Of a stretch of 64,000 nucleotides of DNA, positions 19,501 to 29,173 are shown in pieces. The notes beneath the pieces are model-generated. The model ran no database searches. It was not told the DNA's origin and saw only the letters and a program-made list of their open reading frames with translations. Within the stretch, counting starts at the first letter, position 1. Each line of letters opens with the position of its first letter. The DNA is from a virus. The stretch covers positions 25,201-89,200 of IMG/VR virus record IMGVR_UViG_3300030106_006724, one strand, 5' to 3'. A program made the translations under genes and the position numbers.

Positions 19501-20061
19501 ATGAAAAAGTTAGTATTATTTTTAGCAATGGTTTTACTAATAAGTTGTGATAAAGAGGAAGAAGTAATCTTAGAACCAGTATTTGAAATAAGTCTTAATG
19601 GTGAGTCCTTCGATCCTTATGAAAGATACTCTAAAATAGAATCATTCGGCGGTACTAAATATGTCGATGGAGTTGTAAAAAAGATATTTATTCTTTATCT
19701 TCAAATAGATGATGGTCCTCCTCGATTAGATAGACAGCATTTTGCTCTTTATACATTAGACCATGATGCTAATGATGATGGAGAGTTATTAGATGTTGGT
19801 ACCTATACTTGGGAAGCACCTGATGGTAAATATGCTGGTGTAGAAATACCCGGTAATGACGAGTATATAGTATGGAATGAAGTTATAGTACAAGATGCAG
19901 GACAATTAGGCGGACCTCATACAGGTCTAATTTGCTTAACTGCTGAAGGAGTATTTTATAATCCTTACATACAGTCTAATATGAGTGTAAGTTTAAAACT
20001 AGAAAATTTTCCTATAGGGTTAGATATAGATGCTACTCCTTATGGTTACTTATTAAACTAA
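19501..20061 (+). CDS. Lipoprotein
   Basis: MKKLVLFLAMVLLIS-C-DKEEE lipobox plus acidic export signal; ATG 19501 preferred. Confidence 0.75.
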   Translation: MKKLVLFLAMVLLISCDKEEEVILEPVFEISLNGESFDPYERYSKIESFGGTKYVDGVVKKIFILYLQIDDGPPRLDRQHFALYTLDHDANDDGELLDVGTYTWEAPDGKYAGVEIPGNDEYIVWNEVIVQDAGQLGGPHTGLICLTAEGVFYNPYIQSNMSVSLKLENFPIGLDIDATPYGYLLN

Positions 20062-20241
20062 GTGAAATATTTAATTTTATTGATATGTTTATTTGGATGT
20101 GCGGAGATAATATATACTCCTCCAACAGTATCCTATATAACTTCAATAACTCAAAAGGGAGATACTGTCAAAGTTATACAAGTTAAGGATAAGTATAAAA
20201 CTAGTTATTATGTTCCTCCTTGTAATAAAATAAATAAATAA
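20062..20241 (+). CDS. Small lipoprotein, 59 aa (not in ORF track)
   Basis: GTG start; KYLILLICLFG-C lipobox; GDTV sequon. Confidence 0.55.
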   Translation: MKYLILLICLFGCAEIIYTPPTVSYITSITQKGDTVKVIQVKDKYKTSYYVPPCNKINK

Positions 20242-20246
20242 AAGTT

Positions 20247-20450
20247 ATGGCTTTTCCTTGCCCTTCCTGTGGAAACCCTCTAGGGTTAACTATCGAACAT
20301 ATTATGAAGCACGATCAAATGGCTTGTCCTCATTGTTTTGCTATTTTATCTTTTAAAGTAAAAGAAGAAACTACTAAAAGGATGAAGAAAGGATTAGCTG
20401 AGATTGAAAAAATCAAAAAAAAGTATAGTAATATAGCTAAGTTTGGATAG
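20247..20450 (+). CDS. Zinc-ribbon protein
   Basis: CPSCG ... CPHC. Confidence 0.7.
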   Translation: MAFPCPSCGNPLGLTIEHIMKHDQMACPHCFAILSFKVKEETTKRMKKGLAEIEKIKKKYSNIAKFG

Positions 20451-20493
20451 TAGTATTCTATTTATTACTATATAACCTTTAAATTTTATGTAA

Positions 20494-21120
20494 ATGTCAC
20501 AAATTGCAGATCAATTCGTCGGATTACCAATCGAAGATCTTATCACCGGACCATTAGTAGGTATAGCAAAAGGACAAGCAAAACTAAACGAAGTAACTTG
20601 GGATTATGTTCAAGAGGTAGCTTTTGAAACAGGATCAGTAGTTAACGGAGTTGACGTTTTAAAGACCAGAGCTATAGATGTTCAAATTACTAAGGCAGTT
20701 ACAAACTCAAATTTAGATACTGGTAGCAATACCGATGGTAGTATTAAAGAATGGAAAACTTTCTATAGTAAAGTTCCAATGATTGCTTTAATTCCATTAC
20801 CATCTTTAGCAGTTACAAAAGCAGATATTAACTTTACAATGGAGGTCAAAGAATCTTCTGTTAGCAAAGACACTACGTCAAAATCAGGACAGTTTAGTGC
20901 TTCTATGGGATACAGCGGATGGGGCTTCAATGTTAAAGCTAATATATCTGGTAAAGTAGCTACTACGAAAGAAAATACCAGAAGTACTGATAATTCAGCT
21001 AAATATGTAGTTAATGTACATGCAGAACAATTAAAACCTACTGAAGGTATGTTAAAACTCTACGATGCAGTAAACTCAATGATTGAGCCAGTAGATCTAG
21101 CACCATCAGGTTCTAACTAA
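20494..21120 (+). CDS. DUF2589-family protein (long form)
   Basis: FVGLPIEDLITGPL, VPMIALIPLPSLAV, INFTMEV, TDNSAKY, PTEGMLKL; TATTTAT at 20459. Confidence 0.8.
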   Translation: MSQIADQFVGLPIEDLITGPLVGIAKGQAKLNEVTWDYVQEVAFETGSVVNGVDVLKTRAIDVQITKAVTNSNLDTGSNTDGSIKEWKTFYSKVPMIALIPLPSLAVTKADINFTMEVKESSVSKDTTSKSGQFSASMGYSGWGFNVKANISGKVATTKENTRSTDNSAKYVVNVHAEQLKPTEGMLKLYDAVNSMIEPVDLAPSGSN

Positions 21121-21134
21121 ATTTTTATAGAATA

Positions 21135-21165
21135 AGTTGGTAATTAGGATAGTTTTTACTATCTT
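21135..21165 (+). promoter_or_regulatory. Early/middle promoter AGTTG-N20-TATCTT
   Basis: Motif variant with exact spacing. Confidence 0.65.
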
Positions 21166-21185
21166 ATAAAAAAAGGTTTCTATCA

Positions 21186-21671
21186 ATGGCAAAATTACAA
21201 ATTGAAGAGCTAGTAAGCGGTCTCCTTGAGGCCGCTATCGTAGCTAAACAGATAAGTGAAAGGCAACATATTAATGCCTTATCTAATTATTTTGACGATA
21301 AAGGTCAACCTATCACGACTGATGTACAGGTAGGAGACAAAAAAATCACTATACCTTATTATAGTATCGCAGATCATTCATCTATAGGATTAGACGAAAT
21401 GGAAATAGAGTTTGATGCAAGATTAGGATTCGATACTAGAAAAGGACCATCAGATCTTAAAAAATCATTGTTGGGTAAATTTAAAGGAGGAAAAAGGTAT
21501 AAGCATTTAGTTAAGAATATTGAGGTAGATCACGCTCATAATCCTAATAATATTGCTTGTGCTAAGATTAGAGTAAAATTTAAGAAAGATGAAACTCCTG
21601 AGACAGTTTCACGATTAGTAGATAGTTACATATCTATTATGGACGAACCAAATATAAACGATAAAGTATGA
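21186..21671 (+). CDS. DUF2589-family protein (short form)
   Basis: EELVSGLLEAA, LSNYFD, IPYYSI, LDEMEIEF, KFK..ETPETVSRL. Confidence 0.7.
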   Translation: MAKLQIEELVSGLLEAAIVAKQISERQHINALSNYFDDKGQPITTDVQVGDKKITIPYYSIADHSSIGLDEMEIEFDARLGFDTRKGPSDLKKSLLGKFKGGKRYKHLVKNIEVDHAHNPNNIACAKIRVKFKKDETPETVSRLVDSYISIMDEPNINDKV

Positions 21672-22273
21672 GCTATACAAGAGAACAAATAGAAGCGGCA
21701 GTTAAAAAAGAAGGACATAAATGGTTTGAAAATGGAGACTATAATGTTAATATAGTCGGTGTAAGAAACTCTGCAACACATAATGAAGTAACTAATAAAT
21801 TTGATGATTGGATGACAATCTCATATAAAGTCAATGGAGAATGGAATTTCCATTGCTATGACTGTACTACTGACCCTGGTAAGTATTGGGTTGATAACCT
21901 AATGAACCCAGATGGAGTAGCAATAGTAGTACCAGGACAGTATAGATCATCTCATAAGATTGGACTACATCAAGGTAAATATGAAGCTTTGAGACAACAA
22001 AAACCAATTAAAGTATGGAGAGATGATAATAAAGATAACGTTTATGATCATATTGCTGACGATATTCAAGATGGAGTATTCGGTATTAATATACATAGAG
22101 CAACTAAATATCCAGGTCATGAATCTACTCAAGTTGATAAATGGTCTGCAGGTTGCCAAGTAATAGCAGCATATAATGACTTCGAAGAATTTATGAACGT
22201 AATGTATAAAGCTAGAGATGCTTGGAGTAACTCTTTTACCTACACTTTGATAGAGTCTAAATATATAGACTAA
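21668..22273 (+). CDS. Putative endolysin, L,D-transpeptidase-like H...SxGC family
   Basis: TTDPG, PGQY, FGINIHRA, WSAGCQV; adjacent to a spanin-like pair. Confidence 0.55.
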   Translation: MSYTREQIEAAVKKEGHKWFENGDYNVNIVGVRNSATHNEVTNKFDDWMTISYKVNGEWNFHCYDCTTDPGKYWVDNLMNPDGVAIVVPGQYRSSHKIGLHQGKYEALRQQKPIKVWRDDNKDNVYDHIADDIQDGVFGINIHRATKYPGHESTQVDKWSAGCQVIAAYNDFEEFMNVMYKARDAWSNSFTYTLIESKYID

Positions 22274-22659
22274 TGAAAAATAAAGATATAAGAACTTATC
22301 TCTTCTGGGCTATACTCGGTATATTTGTCGGGTATGTGATATTCGGTAGAGGAACCATCAAAGTTGATGTAAAAAAATATGAAGCACAAATAGAAGCTTT
22401 AAACATAGTTATTGATTCAGCAAGAACAAAAAATAAAGAATTAGAAAAAGAAGTCGCAGATTTTCAATTAGTGATTTCTGAAGCTAATAGTAAGATTAGT
22501 AATCTTAATGATAAAATTTTTATAATTAAAAAGCAAACAGATGAAAAGATTAATGCTATCAACAGTCTTAATAATGATGAGCTTTATCAGTTTTTCACAG
22601 AACGATACAGACAGTACCTCGATTCGATTGGAAGTACCGATAGTAAAGCTAGTAATTAA
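22273..22659 (+). CDS. Inner-membrane spanin-like coiled-coil protein
   Basis: N-terminal TM followed by long heptads. Confidence 0.55.
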   Translation: MKNKDIRTYLFWAILGIFVGYVIFGRGTIKVDVKKYEAQIEALNIVIDSARTKNKELEKEVADFQLVISEANSKISNLNDKIFIIKKQTDEKINAINSLNNDELYQFFTERYRQYLDSIGSTDSKASN

Positions 22660-22951
22660 AGATCTAATTAACGGTGATGCAGCTAAAGAAGAACTAATAG
22701 TATTAGATACTATTTTACATCATAAAGATATTCAGTTAAACGTTAAAGATACTATCATTTTAAATCTTAATTCACAAATAGCTAACTTTAATAAAATAGT
22801 TTCTACTAAGGATAAACAACGAGAAATCCAAGAGAATCTTCAAAAGGACTTAGAAAAAGCTTTAAAAAAAGCTAAAAGAAGAGAGTTTCTATATAAAGTA
22901 GGTACTATAGCCGGCGGTGTAATGACCGTTCTTTACTTAACCACCAAGTAA
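22541..22951 (+). CDS. Spanin-like partner: signal peptide, coiled coil, C-terminal TM
   Basis: Overlaps the previous gene by 119 nt; SFS-Q cleavage site; hydrophobic C-terminus. Confidence 0.55.
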   Translation: MKRLMLSTVLIMMSFISFSQNDTDSTSIRLEVPIVKLVIKDLINGDAAKEELIVLDTILHHKDIQLNVKDTIILNLNSQIANFNKIVSTKDKQREIQENLQKDLEKALKKAKRREFLYKVGTIAGGVMTVLYLTTK

Positions 22952-22975
22952 AAACTATTTATATTAAAGAAAATC

Positions 22976-24232
22976 ATGCTAAAAACTTTAAGAAAAGGTT
23001 TTTTTCCTTTTATTATAGCTATCTCTGCTCTTTCCGTTTCTGGTTCAGCAGCTTTTTATTCAGTATTTGGTTTAAGTAAACTATTTGCTGGTGCTACTGT
23101 AGAGGTAATTATAATGGCCGGTTCTTTAGAAGTAGCTAAATTAGTTATAGCTTCTCTACTTTATCAGTATTGGGATACTATAAATAAACTTTTAAGAACT
23201 TATTTAACAATAGCAGCTATTATACTTGTACTTATAACCAGTATGGGTATATATGGATTCTTATCAGCTGCATATCAAGATACATACCAAACATTACTAC
23301 TTAATGAAAATAGAATCGAATTTCTAGATAATAAAGCTAAATTTTATGAAGACGATATTCAAAGATACGATAAAGAACTTGAACAAATACTGGACAATAT
23401 TAGTACTCTTTCTAACGCCAAGTCGGTTTCTATACAAGTCAAGGACACCAGTGTGGCTGGAGGCATTCGAAATACGATTTCCACGGTTGACTTACGTCTT
23501 GCACAAGATAGACTCAGAGTTGAAGAAAGTAACAGGAAAGATGTCTATTTAAGAAGAAGTATAGCTGCAGATAGTTTACAAAAATATAAATTTGAAATAT
23601 TAGAGTTACAAAATAATTCTGATGCTGCAGGTGAATTAGGTCCTTTAAAATACTTATCTGGATTAACTGGTACTCCTATGGATAGCATAATTAATATTTT
23701 ATTATTAGTTATTATATTTGTATTTGATCCTTTAGCAGTAGCTTTAGTTGTAGCAGCTAATATGGCTTTCGCAAATGCTTTTCCTAGAAAAGAAGAAAAT
23801 ATATATGGAGAAGTAGAAGAAGAAGACGATTCGTGGGAGGCTTTTATAGAAGATGAAACTTACGAACCTACAAAAAATTATACTGAAGAGGATGAAAAGA
23901 GGATGGACATTATAGGTCAAAACGGAAATGATGGAGAACATTACGAAGCTCCTGTAATACAGACTTTATTAGCTGATGTAGAAGCATTAAAAAAAGAAGA
24001 AAAACAAGTACCTGCACCTAAAATTAAACCGAAAGAGGAACCTGTAGGTAATGTAAATGATCTTAAGTCTAATCCTAATACTTTTCAAATAGTCAATAAA
24101 GATGGATCTAGAGAATTTTTAAATGAAGAACCTAAAATAGATATTAGAGGTACTAGAGCATATGTAAAACTAAATGACGGTAGAGAAGGATGGATGGATC
24201 GAGACAATAGTGATAGAATAATTTACATGTAA
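22976..24232 (+). CDS. Multi-TM membrane protein with periplasmic coiled coil
   Basis: 3 N-terminal TMs, GELGPLKYL, IIFVFDPLA, acidic tail; TATTTAT at 22956. Confidence 0.75.
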   Translation: MLKTLRKGFFPFIIAISALSVSGSAAFYSVFGLSKLFAGATVEVIIMAGSLEVAKLVIASLLYQYWDTINKLLRTYLTIAAIILVLITSMGIYGFLSAAYQDTYQTLLLNENRIEFLDNKAKFYEDDIQRYDKELEQILDNISTLSNAKSVSIQVKDTSVAGGIRNTISTVDLRLAQDRLRVEESNRKDVYLRRSIAADSLQKYKFEILELQNNSDAAGELGPLKYLSGLTGTPMDSIINILLLVIIFVFDPLAVALVVAANMAFANAFPRKEENIYGEVEEEDDSWEAFIEDETYEPTKNYTEEDEKRMDIIGQNGNDGEHYEAPVIQTLLADVEALKKEEKQVPAPKIKPKEEPVGNVNDLKSNPNTFQIVNKDGSREFLNEEPKIDIRGTRAYVKLNDGREGWMDRDNSDRIIYM

Positions 24233-24233
24233 A

Positions 24234-24264
24234 AGTTGTTCGTCTGATATATTTTTATTATATT
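24234..24264 (+). promoter_or_regulatory. Early/middle promoter AGTTG-N20-TATATT
   Basis: Exact motif. Confidence 0.75.
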
Positions 24265-24269
24265 ATAGT

Positions 24270-24476
24270 ATGGAAAAAGAAGTATATAAATTTTTAAAAG
24301 CAGAAGCAGAAGCTGATAAAGCTAAAGCATTAGCTAGTATTAAATTATTAACTAAACACTCAGCAGGTATAGGAGATCATTCTACTAAAGACTATTGGGA
24401 TAACTGTAATGAATCCTTAAAGTTACTTGCTTCAGCTGACGAAAGATTAGAAGTACTCGATAAGTATTTCAAGTAA
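24270..24476 (+). CDS. Hypothetical protein
   Basis: AGIGDHS motif; directly after promoter. Confidence 0.7.
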   Translation: MEKEVYKFLKAEAEADKAKALASIKLLTKHSAGIGDHSTKDYWDNCNESLKLLASADERLEVLDKYFK

Positions 24477-24495
24477 AATTATTAATAAAAGTTAT

Positions 24496-24837
24496 ATGAG
24501 TAAAAAAACTATAGAAGTTTTAAAGAAAGAATACCCTACCATTTACAACGCTTATAAAGAGATAATGGATGAGCAGTTTGAACTGTTCGCTAAAAAGCAT
24601 CTCGATTACGGAATGGGTAATGTATCAGCTGGTACTCAATTAGTAAATGAAGAAGAGAAAGAATTTGCTATGACAGGACTTTGGTATAGACTATCTGATA
24701 AAATTAACAGATGGAAAAATATGATACTTACTGGTCGTAAAGCTCAAAATGAAACGTTGATAGATACCTTCCAGGATATTACTAACTACGGAATTATCGC
24801 TCAGTTAGTATTTAACGGTAAATGGAAAAATAAATAA
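24496..24837 (+). CDS. Nucleotide-modification-associated domain 1 (DUF1599-like)
   Basis: KKHLDYG, RLSDKINR, DTFQDITNYGII. Confidence 0.8.
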   Translation: MSKKTIEVLKKEYPTIYNAYKEIMDEQFELFAKKHLDYGMGNVSAGTQLVNEEEKEFAMTGLWYRLSDKINRWKNMILTGRKAQNETLIDTFQDITNYGIIAQLVFNGKWKNK

Positions 24838-24838
24838 T

Positions 24839-25762
24839 ATGCCTAAAAAAATTCCAAAGCAAGTAAAACTTGTTAGGGATAGTTATATAAAGCAGAGTAA
24901 GAGTAATAAACATATCTCTTATAGTCAGCTATTTACTTACCTTAGTTGTAAACGTAAATGGGAATTACAGTATTTACGTAATATAGCTCCTTTCGAACCA
25001 TCAATACATGCTGTATTCGGATCAGCATTTCATGAAACATTGCAAAATTATTTAAATGTAATGTATACTGATACTGCAAAAGCAGCTGATGAAATAGATA
25101 CTAATGCGTATCTGTACGAAAGGATGACTAAAAATTATAAAAGACAGAAAATGCAGAACGGTAACGAGCATTTTTCTAATGCCGACGAAATGAATATGTT
25201 TTGGTTAGATGGGAAGCATATAATGGAATTTATTAAAAAGAAAAGAAGAGGTTATTTTTCTAAAAAGAATACTTACTTAGCAGGTATCGAGACTTTACTA
25301 TATCAAGAATTAAAACCAGGAGTTTATTTTAAAGGTTTTATAGATTTAGTTTTTTATAATAAATTTTTAGATGAATATACTTTAGTCGATATTAAAACGT
25401 CTACTAAAGGATGGAATAAATTTGCTAAAGCTGATGATAAAAAAATATTTCAATTACTTTTATATAAAGAATTTTTTGCTAAGCAATTTAATATTCCTAT
25501 TGAAAAAGTAAACGTAGAATACTTTATAGTAAAAAGAAGAGTACCTGTAGAAGCTGATTTTGCTTCTATGCAAAGAAGAGTACAAGAGTTTAGACCAACA
25601 GCTGGTAAAATAAAAAGAGGTAAAGCTCTATCAGCTATGAATAACTTTATAAAAGATGTATTAGATGAAAATAATAACTATATAGATAAAAGCTATCACT
25701 GTACTGGAGATAGAAATCCGTGCTGGCATTGTAACGTTTACGATGGAGTTTTAGAAAAATAG
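24839..25762 (+). CDS. PD-(D/E)XK exonuclease (RecB/AddB/Cas4-like)
   Basis: ISYSQ..C, FGSAFHE, GFIDL, VDIKT, QLLLY, C-terminal CxxC. Confidence 0.85.
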   Translation: MPKKIPKQVKLVRDSYIKQSKSNKHISYSQLFTYLSCKRKWELQYLRNIAPFEPSIHAVFGSAFHETLQNYLNVMYTDTAKAADEIDTNAYLYERMTKNYKRQKMQNGNEHFSNADEMNMFWLDGKHIMEFIKKKRRGYFSKKNTYLAGIETLLYQELKPGVYFKGFIDLVFYNKFLDEYTLVDIKTSTKGWNKFAKADDKKIFQLLLYKEFFAKQFNIPIEKVNVEYFIVKRRVPVEADFASMQRRVQEFRPTAGKIKRGKALSAMNNFIKDVLDENNNYIDKSYHCTGDRNPCWHCNVYDGVLEK

Positions 25763-25764
25763 CC

Positions 25765-25780
25765 TATTTATATATAAATA
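25765..25780. promoter_or_regulatory. Perfect 16-bp palindrome TATTTATATATAAATA containing the late-type motif
   Basis: Seen directly upstream of 25812. Confidence 0.5.
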
Positions 25781-25811
25781 TATACTTATATATAGTTATA
25801 AAACATTAGTT

Positions 25812-26000
25812 ATGATAAAAGATGAAAAGTTAACATCCGTTAAAATCACACAGCCTCACTTCGATAAATTTAAAATGGCTTGCTTACAAGATAATTTTTC
25901 TTTTAAAAAGCTTGCAGATCGGGCAATTTTTCTTTATATTACAGATAAGGAGTTTAAGAAATTAATTCATGATACTGTATCAATTAAATTAAAAAGATGA
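25812..26000 (+). CDS. Small ribbon-helix-helix-like DNA-binding protein
   Basis: LTSVKI strand followed by two helices. Confidence 0.5.
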   Translation: MIKDEKLTSVKITQPHFDKFKMACLQDNFSFKKLADRAIFLYITDKEFKKLIHDTVSIKLKR

Positions 26001-27430
26001 TAGAAGGGTATATTCCAAAAGCAGATAGAAAAAAGATACTACTATTGTGCGATGATATAAGAATGCATTCAGGTATTGCTACTATGGCAAGAGAGTTTGT
26101 AGTAAACTTATCACATAAATATAATTGGTTCCAATTAGGTGCAGCACTTAAACATCCTGATGCTGGTAAGACCTTTGATATAAGTCAAGACGTTGGTAAG
26201 AGAGCAGGAATAAATGATGCTGATATAAAAGTTATGCCATGGAATGGTTACGGAGACGCAGGTGTAGTAAGAAATTTAATGGCAAAAGAAGACCCTGATG
26301 CTATTTTTATATTTACTGATCCAAGATATTGGATATGGTTATTTGAAATAGAAAGAGAAATAAGAAGTAAAATTCCTATATTTTGGTTAAATATTTGGGA
26401 CGACTATCCTGCTCCTATGTACAATAGACCTTATTATGAATCAGTAGACTTATTAATGGGTATATCAAAACAAACAGTTAATATTAATAAATTAGTATTA
26501 GAAGAAAAAGCTAATGATAAAGTTATAGAATATGTACCTCATGGAATAGATACTAAAGATTTCTTCCCTATCAGAGAAGGAGATGAACTTTACCCTAAGT
26601 TAATAGAATTTAAAAAACAAACAGTACCTGTTGAAACTGACTTTATAGTATATTTTAATTCCAGAAATATTCATAGAAAAAGACCAGGTGATACATTAAT
26701 GGCTTATAAACATTTTTGTGATATAATAGGAGAAGAGAAAGCTAAAAGAACTGCATTAGTAATGCATACTCAACCAACTGATAATAACGGTACTGATCTT
26801 CAAGCGATGAAAAATACTTTTTATCCTAATGGTAATATATTTTTCTCTAGTGCTAAAATTAGTCCTCAACAGATGAACTTTATGTATAATATGGCTGACT
26901 TAACTGTATTACTATCATCTAATGAAGGATGGGGATTAGCATTAACTGAATCGATGATGTGCGGTACTATGATATCAGCTAATGTTACTGGAGGTATGCA
27001 AGATCAAATGAGATTTGTAGATGATAAAGGTAAATGGATAGAATTCGATGCTGATTTTCCTTCTAATCATAGAGGTACATATAAAGAACATGGTGAATGG
27101 GCTATACCAGTATTTCCTTCTAATATTTCCTTTACTGGTTCTCCTCTGACTCCTTATATATACGATGATAGATTAAGCCCTGAAGATGCTGCTCAAGCTA
27201 TATTAAAAGCTTATAATTTAAGTAAAGAAGAGAGAGATAAAAGAGGAATGAAAGGCCACGAATGGGTTATGTCTGATGAAGCAGGTATGTCTTCTAAGAA
27301 TATGAGTAAAAAAGTAGGAGAGTGTATGGAAAAAGCATTTAAAAACTTTAAGCCTAGACCTTCATATAACGTAATAAAAATAAAAGAGTATAAACCTCCA
27401 ACTGTTAAACATAAAATTATAGGTTATTAA
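25997..27430 (+). CDS. Glycosyltransferase, GT4/GT-B
   Basis: VPHGID, RNIHRK, NEGWGLALTESM. Confidence 0.88.
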   Translation: MIEGYIPKADRKKILLLCDDIRMHSGIATMAREFVVNLSHKYNWFQLGAALKHPDAGKTFDISQDVGKRAGINDADIKVMPWNGYGDAGVVRNLMAKEDPDAIFIFTDPRYWIWLFEIEREIRSKIPIFWLNIWDDYPAPMYNRPYYESVDLLMGISKQTVNINKLVLEEKANDKVIEYVPHGIDTKDFFPIREGDELYPKLIEFKKQTVPVETDFIVYFNSRNIHRKRPGDTLMAYKHFCDIIGEEKAKRTALVMHTQPTDNNGTDLQAMKNTFYPNGNIFFSSAKISPQQMNFMYNMADLTVLLSSNEGWGLALTESMMCGTMISANVTGGMQDQMRFVDDKGKWIEFDADFPSNHRGTYKEHGEWAIPVFPSNISFTGSPLTPYIYDDRLSPEDAAQAILKAYNLSKEERDKRGMKGHEWVMSDEAGMSSKNMSKKVGECMEKAFKNFKPRPSYNVIKIKEYKPPTVKHKIIGY

Positions 27431-27431
27431 T

Positions 27432-28697
27432 ATGGATAAAATATCAGTAGTAATTAGTTCTCCTGTAGATACTTATTCAGGATATGGAGCAAGAGCTAGA
27501 GACTTTGTTAAAGCAGTTATGGCTTTAGATAAGTATGATGTTAAGTTATTATCTCAACGTTGGGGTAATACTAGATTCGGTTATTTAGAAGATCATGGTG
27601 AAGATGATATGTTAGTAAATATTATTCCTCAAATGACCTCACAACCTGATATATGGATACAGATTACTGTACCGAATGAATTTCAAAAGATAGGTAAATA
27701 TAATATAGGAGTTACTGCAGGTATAGAAACTACTCTTTGTGCAAAAGAATGGATTGACGGATTAAATAGAATGGATCTAGTTCTTACTTCTTCTAATCAT
27801 TCTAAAAACGTATTAGAAGAAACTAAATGGGATATTAAAGATAATAGAACTAATCAAATAGTAGAAACTACTAAAGCTACAGTTCCTATTAAAGTTTTAT
27901 TTGAAGGTATTGATAATAATAAGTACAAAGTAAGTCCTAGTAAAGAATTTGATTTATCTATAGTACAAGAAGAATTTTGTTTTTTATTTGTAGGACATTG
28001 GCTGCAAGGTAGTTTTGGTCATGATAGAAAGAATATAAGTTACATGATTAAATCTTTCTTAGAAACGTTTAAAAATAAACCTAAACAACCTGCATTAGTA
28101 TTAAAAACCTCTCATGTAGGAAGTTCTATAATAGATGAAGATAGAATACTTAAAAAAATAGGAGAAATAAGACAATCAGTAAAAGGTAAATTACCTAATA
28201 TATATTTAGTTCATGGAGAGATTTCAGATACTGAAATGAATAATTTATATAATCATCCTAGAATTAAAGCAATGGTTTCGTTTACTAAAGGAGAAGGTTT
28301 CGGAAGACCTTTACTTGAATTTAGTGTAGTTAAAAAACCTATTATAGCATCAGGATGGTCTGGTCAAACTGATTTCCTTAATAATAAACAGTCTTTTTTA
28401 GTAGGAGGTCAAGTTCATAAATTAGATAAGTCATCGGTACAGAAAGGAGTATTATTAGAAGAAAGTGAATGGTTCCAACCTGAAGATGCTCAAGTAGGTG
28501 CAGCATATAAAGAAATTTATAAAAATTATAAAAAATGGGTTCCTTTAGCTAAACAGTTAGGATTTAAAAATTCTAAAGATTTTAGTTTTGAAGCTATGAC
28601 TAAACTACTAGGTGAAATACTAGATGAAAGTTTACCTGAGTTTCCTAAACAAGTTGAGTTAGAGTTACCTAAATTAGATTTACCTAAATTAAAATAG
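27432..28697 (+). CDS. Glycosyltransferase, GT4/GT-B
   Basis: SGYG, DRKNI, GEGFGRPLLE. Confidence 0.88.
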   Translation: MDKISVVISSPVDTYSGYGARARDFVKAVMALDKYDVKLLSQRWGNTRFGYLEDHGEDDMLVNIIPQMTSQPDIWIQITVPNEFQKIGKYNIGVTAGIETTLCAKEWIDGLNRMDLVLTSSNHSKNVLEETKWDIKDNRTNQIVETTKATVPIKVLFEGIDNNKYKVSPSKEFDLSIVQEEFCFLFVGHWLQGSFGHDRKNISYMIKSFLETFKNKPKQPALVLKTSHVGSSIIDEDRILKKIGEIRQSVKGKLPNIYLVHGEISDTEMNNLYNHPRIKAMVSFTKGEGFGRPLLEFSVVKKPIIASGWSGQTDFLNNKQSFLVGGQVHKLDKSSVQKGVLLEESEWFQPEDAQVGAAYKEIYKNYKKWVPLAKQLGFKNSKDFSFEAMTKLLGEILDESLPEFPKQVELELPKLDLPKLK

Positions 28698-28699
28698 TT

Positions 28700-29173
28700 A
28701 TGAGTGATAATTTAACAAAAGATAGATTAGTAAAAGGTCCTTTTGGTAGTGATGCTTGTTATGAGCAATCATTTCAGCAAGAAGGTAAAGAAGTTAAAAC
28801 TTGGCTTTGTATGGGAAGTGGTTTCAGTACTTCAACTATGATGGATAAAGATTCTAAATTAGTAAAAGATACTTTAGAAACTTCCCCTGAATTATATAAA
28901 GATCTTATGCATATAGATGAAAATGATAGAGCATGGTTTCCTGCTACAATAACTCTTCCTGGAAAAGGAATGGTATTTGCAGATGGTACTAATAAAAAAG
29001 ATTGGAAATGGGCTGCAGTTAGAGCTCAAGAATTAACTAACGAAGAAGTTGAATCAGGAAAGTTTCCTAAAGATCAAACGCACAAAATGGATATGAAAAA
29101 TATGACTTATTTTGATGCTCATAGAGGATTTATGGATGCTTTAGAAGTAATAGGGTTTTATGAAATCAATTAG
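28700..29173 (+). CDS. Hypothetical protein
   Basis: ORF in operon. Confidence 0.7.
   Translation: MSDNLTKDRLVKGPFGSDACYEQSFQQEGKEVKTWLCMGSGFSTSTMMDKDSKLVKDTLETSPELYKDLMHIDENDRAWFPATITLPGKGMVFADGTNKKDWKWAAVRAQELTNEEVESGKFPKDQTHKMDMKNMTYFDAHRGFMDALEVIGFYEIN

Noticed and set aside
3682-23552. Alternative-frame + strand ORFs 3682-4020, 16919-17200 and 23346-23552
   Set aside because: Largely nested in better-supported genes, with no recognisable domains or start context.
24839-25762. Cas4-like nuclease as evidence of CRISPR-Cas
   Set aside because: No repeat-spacer array or other cas genes seen; standalone phage exonucleases of this type are common.
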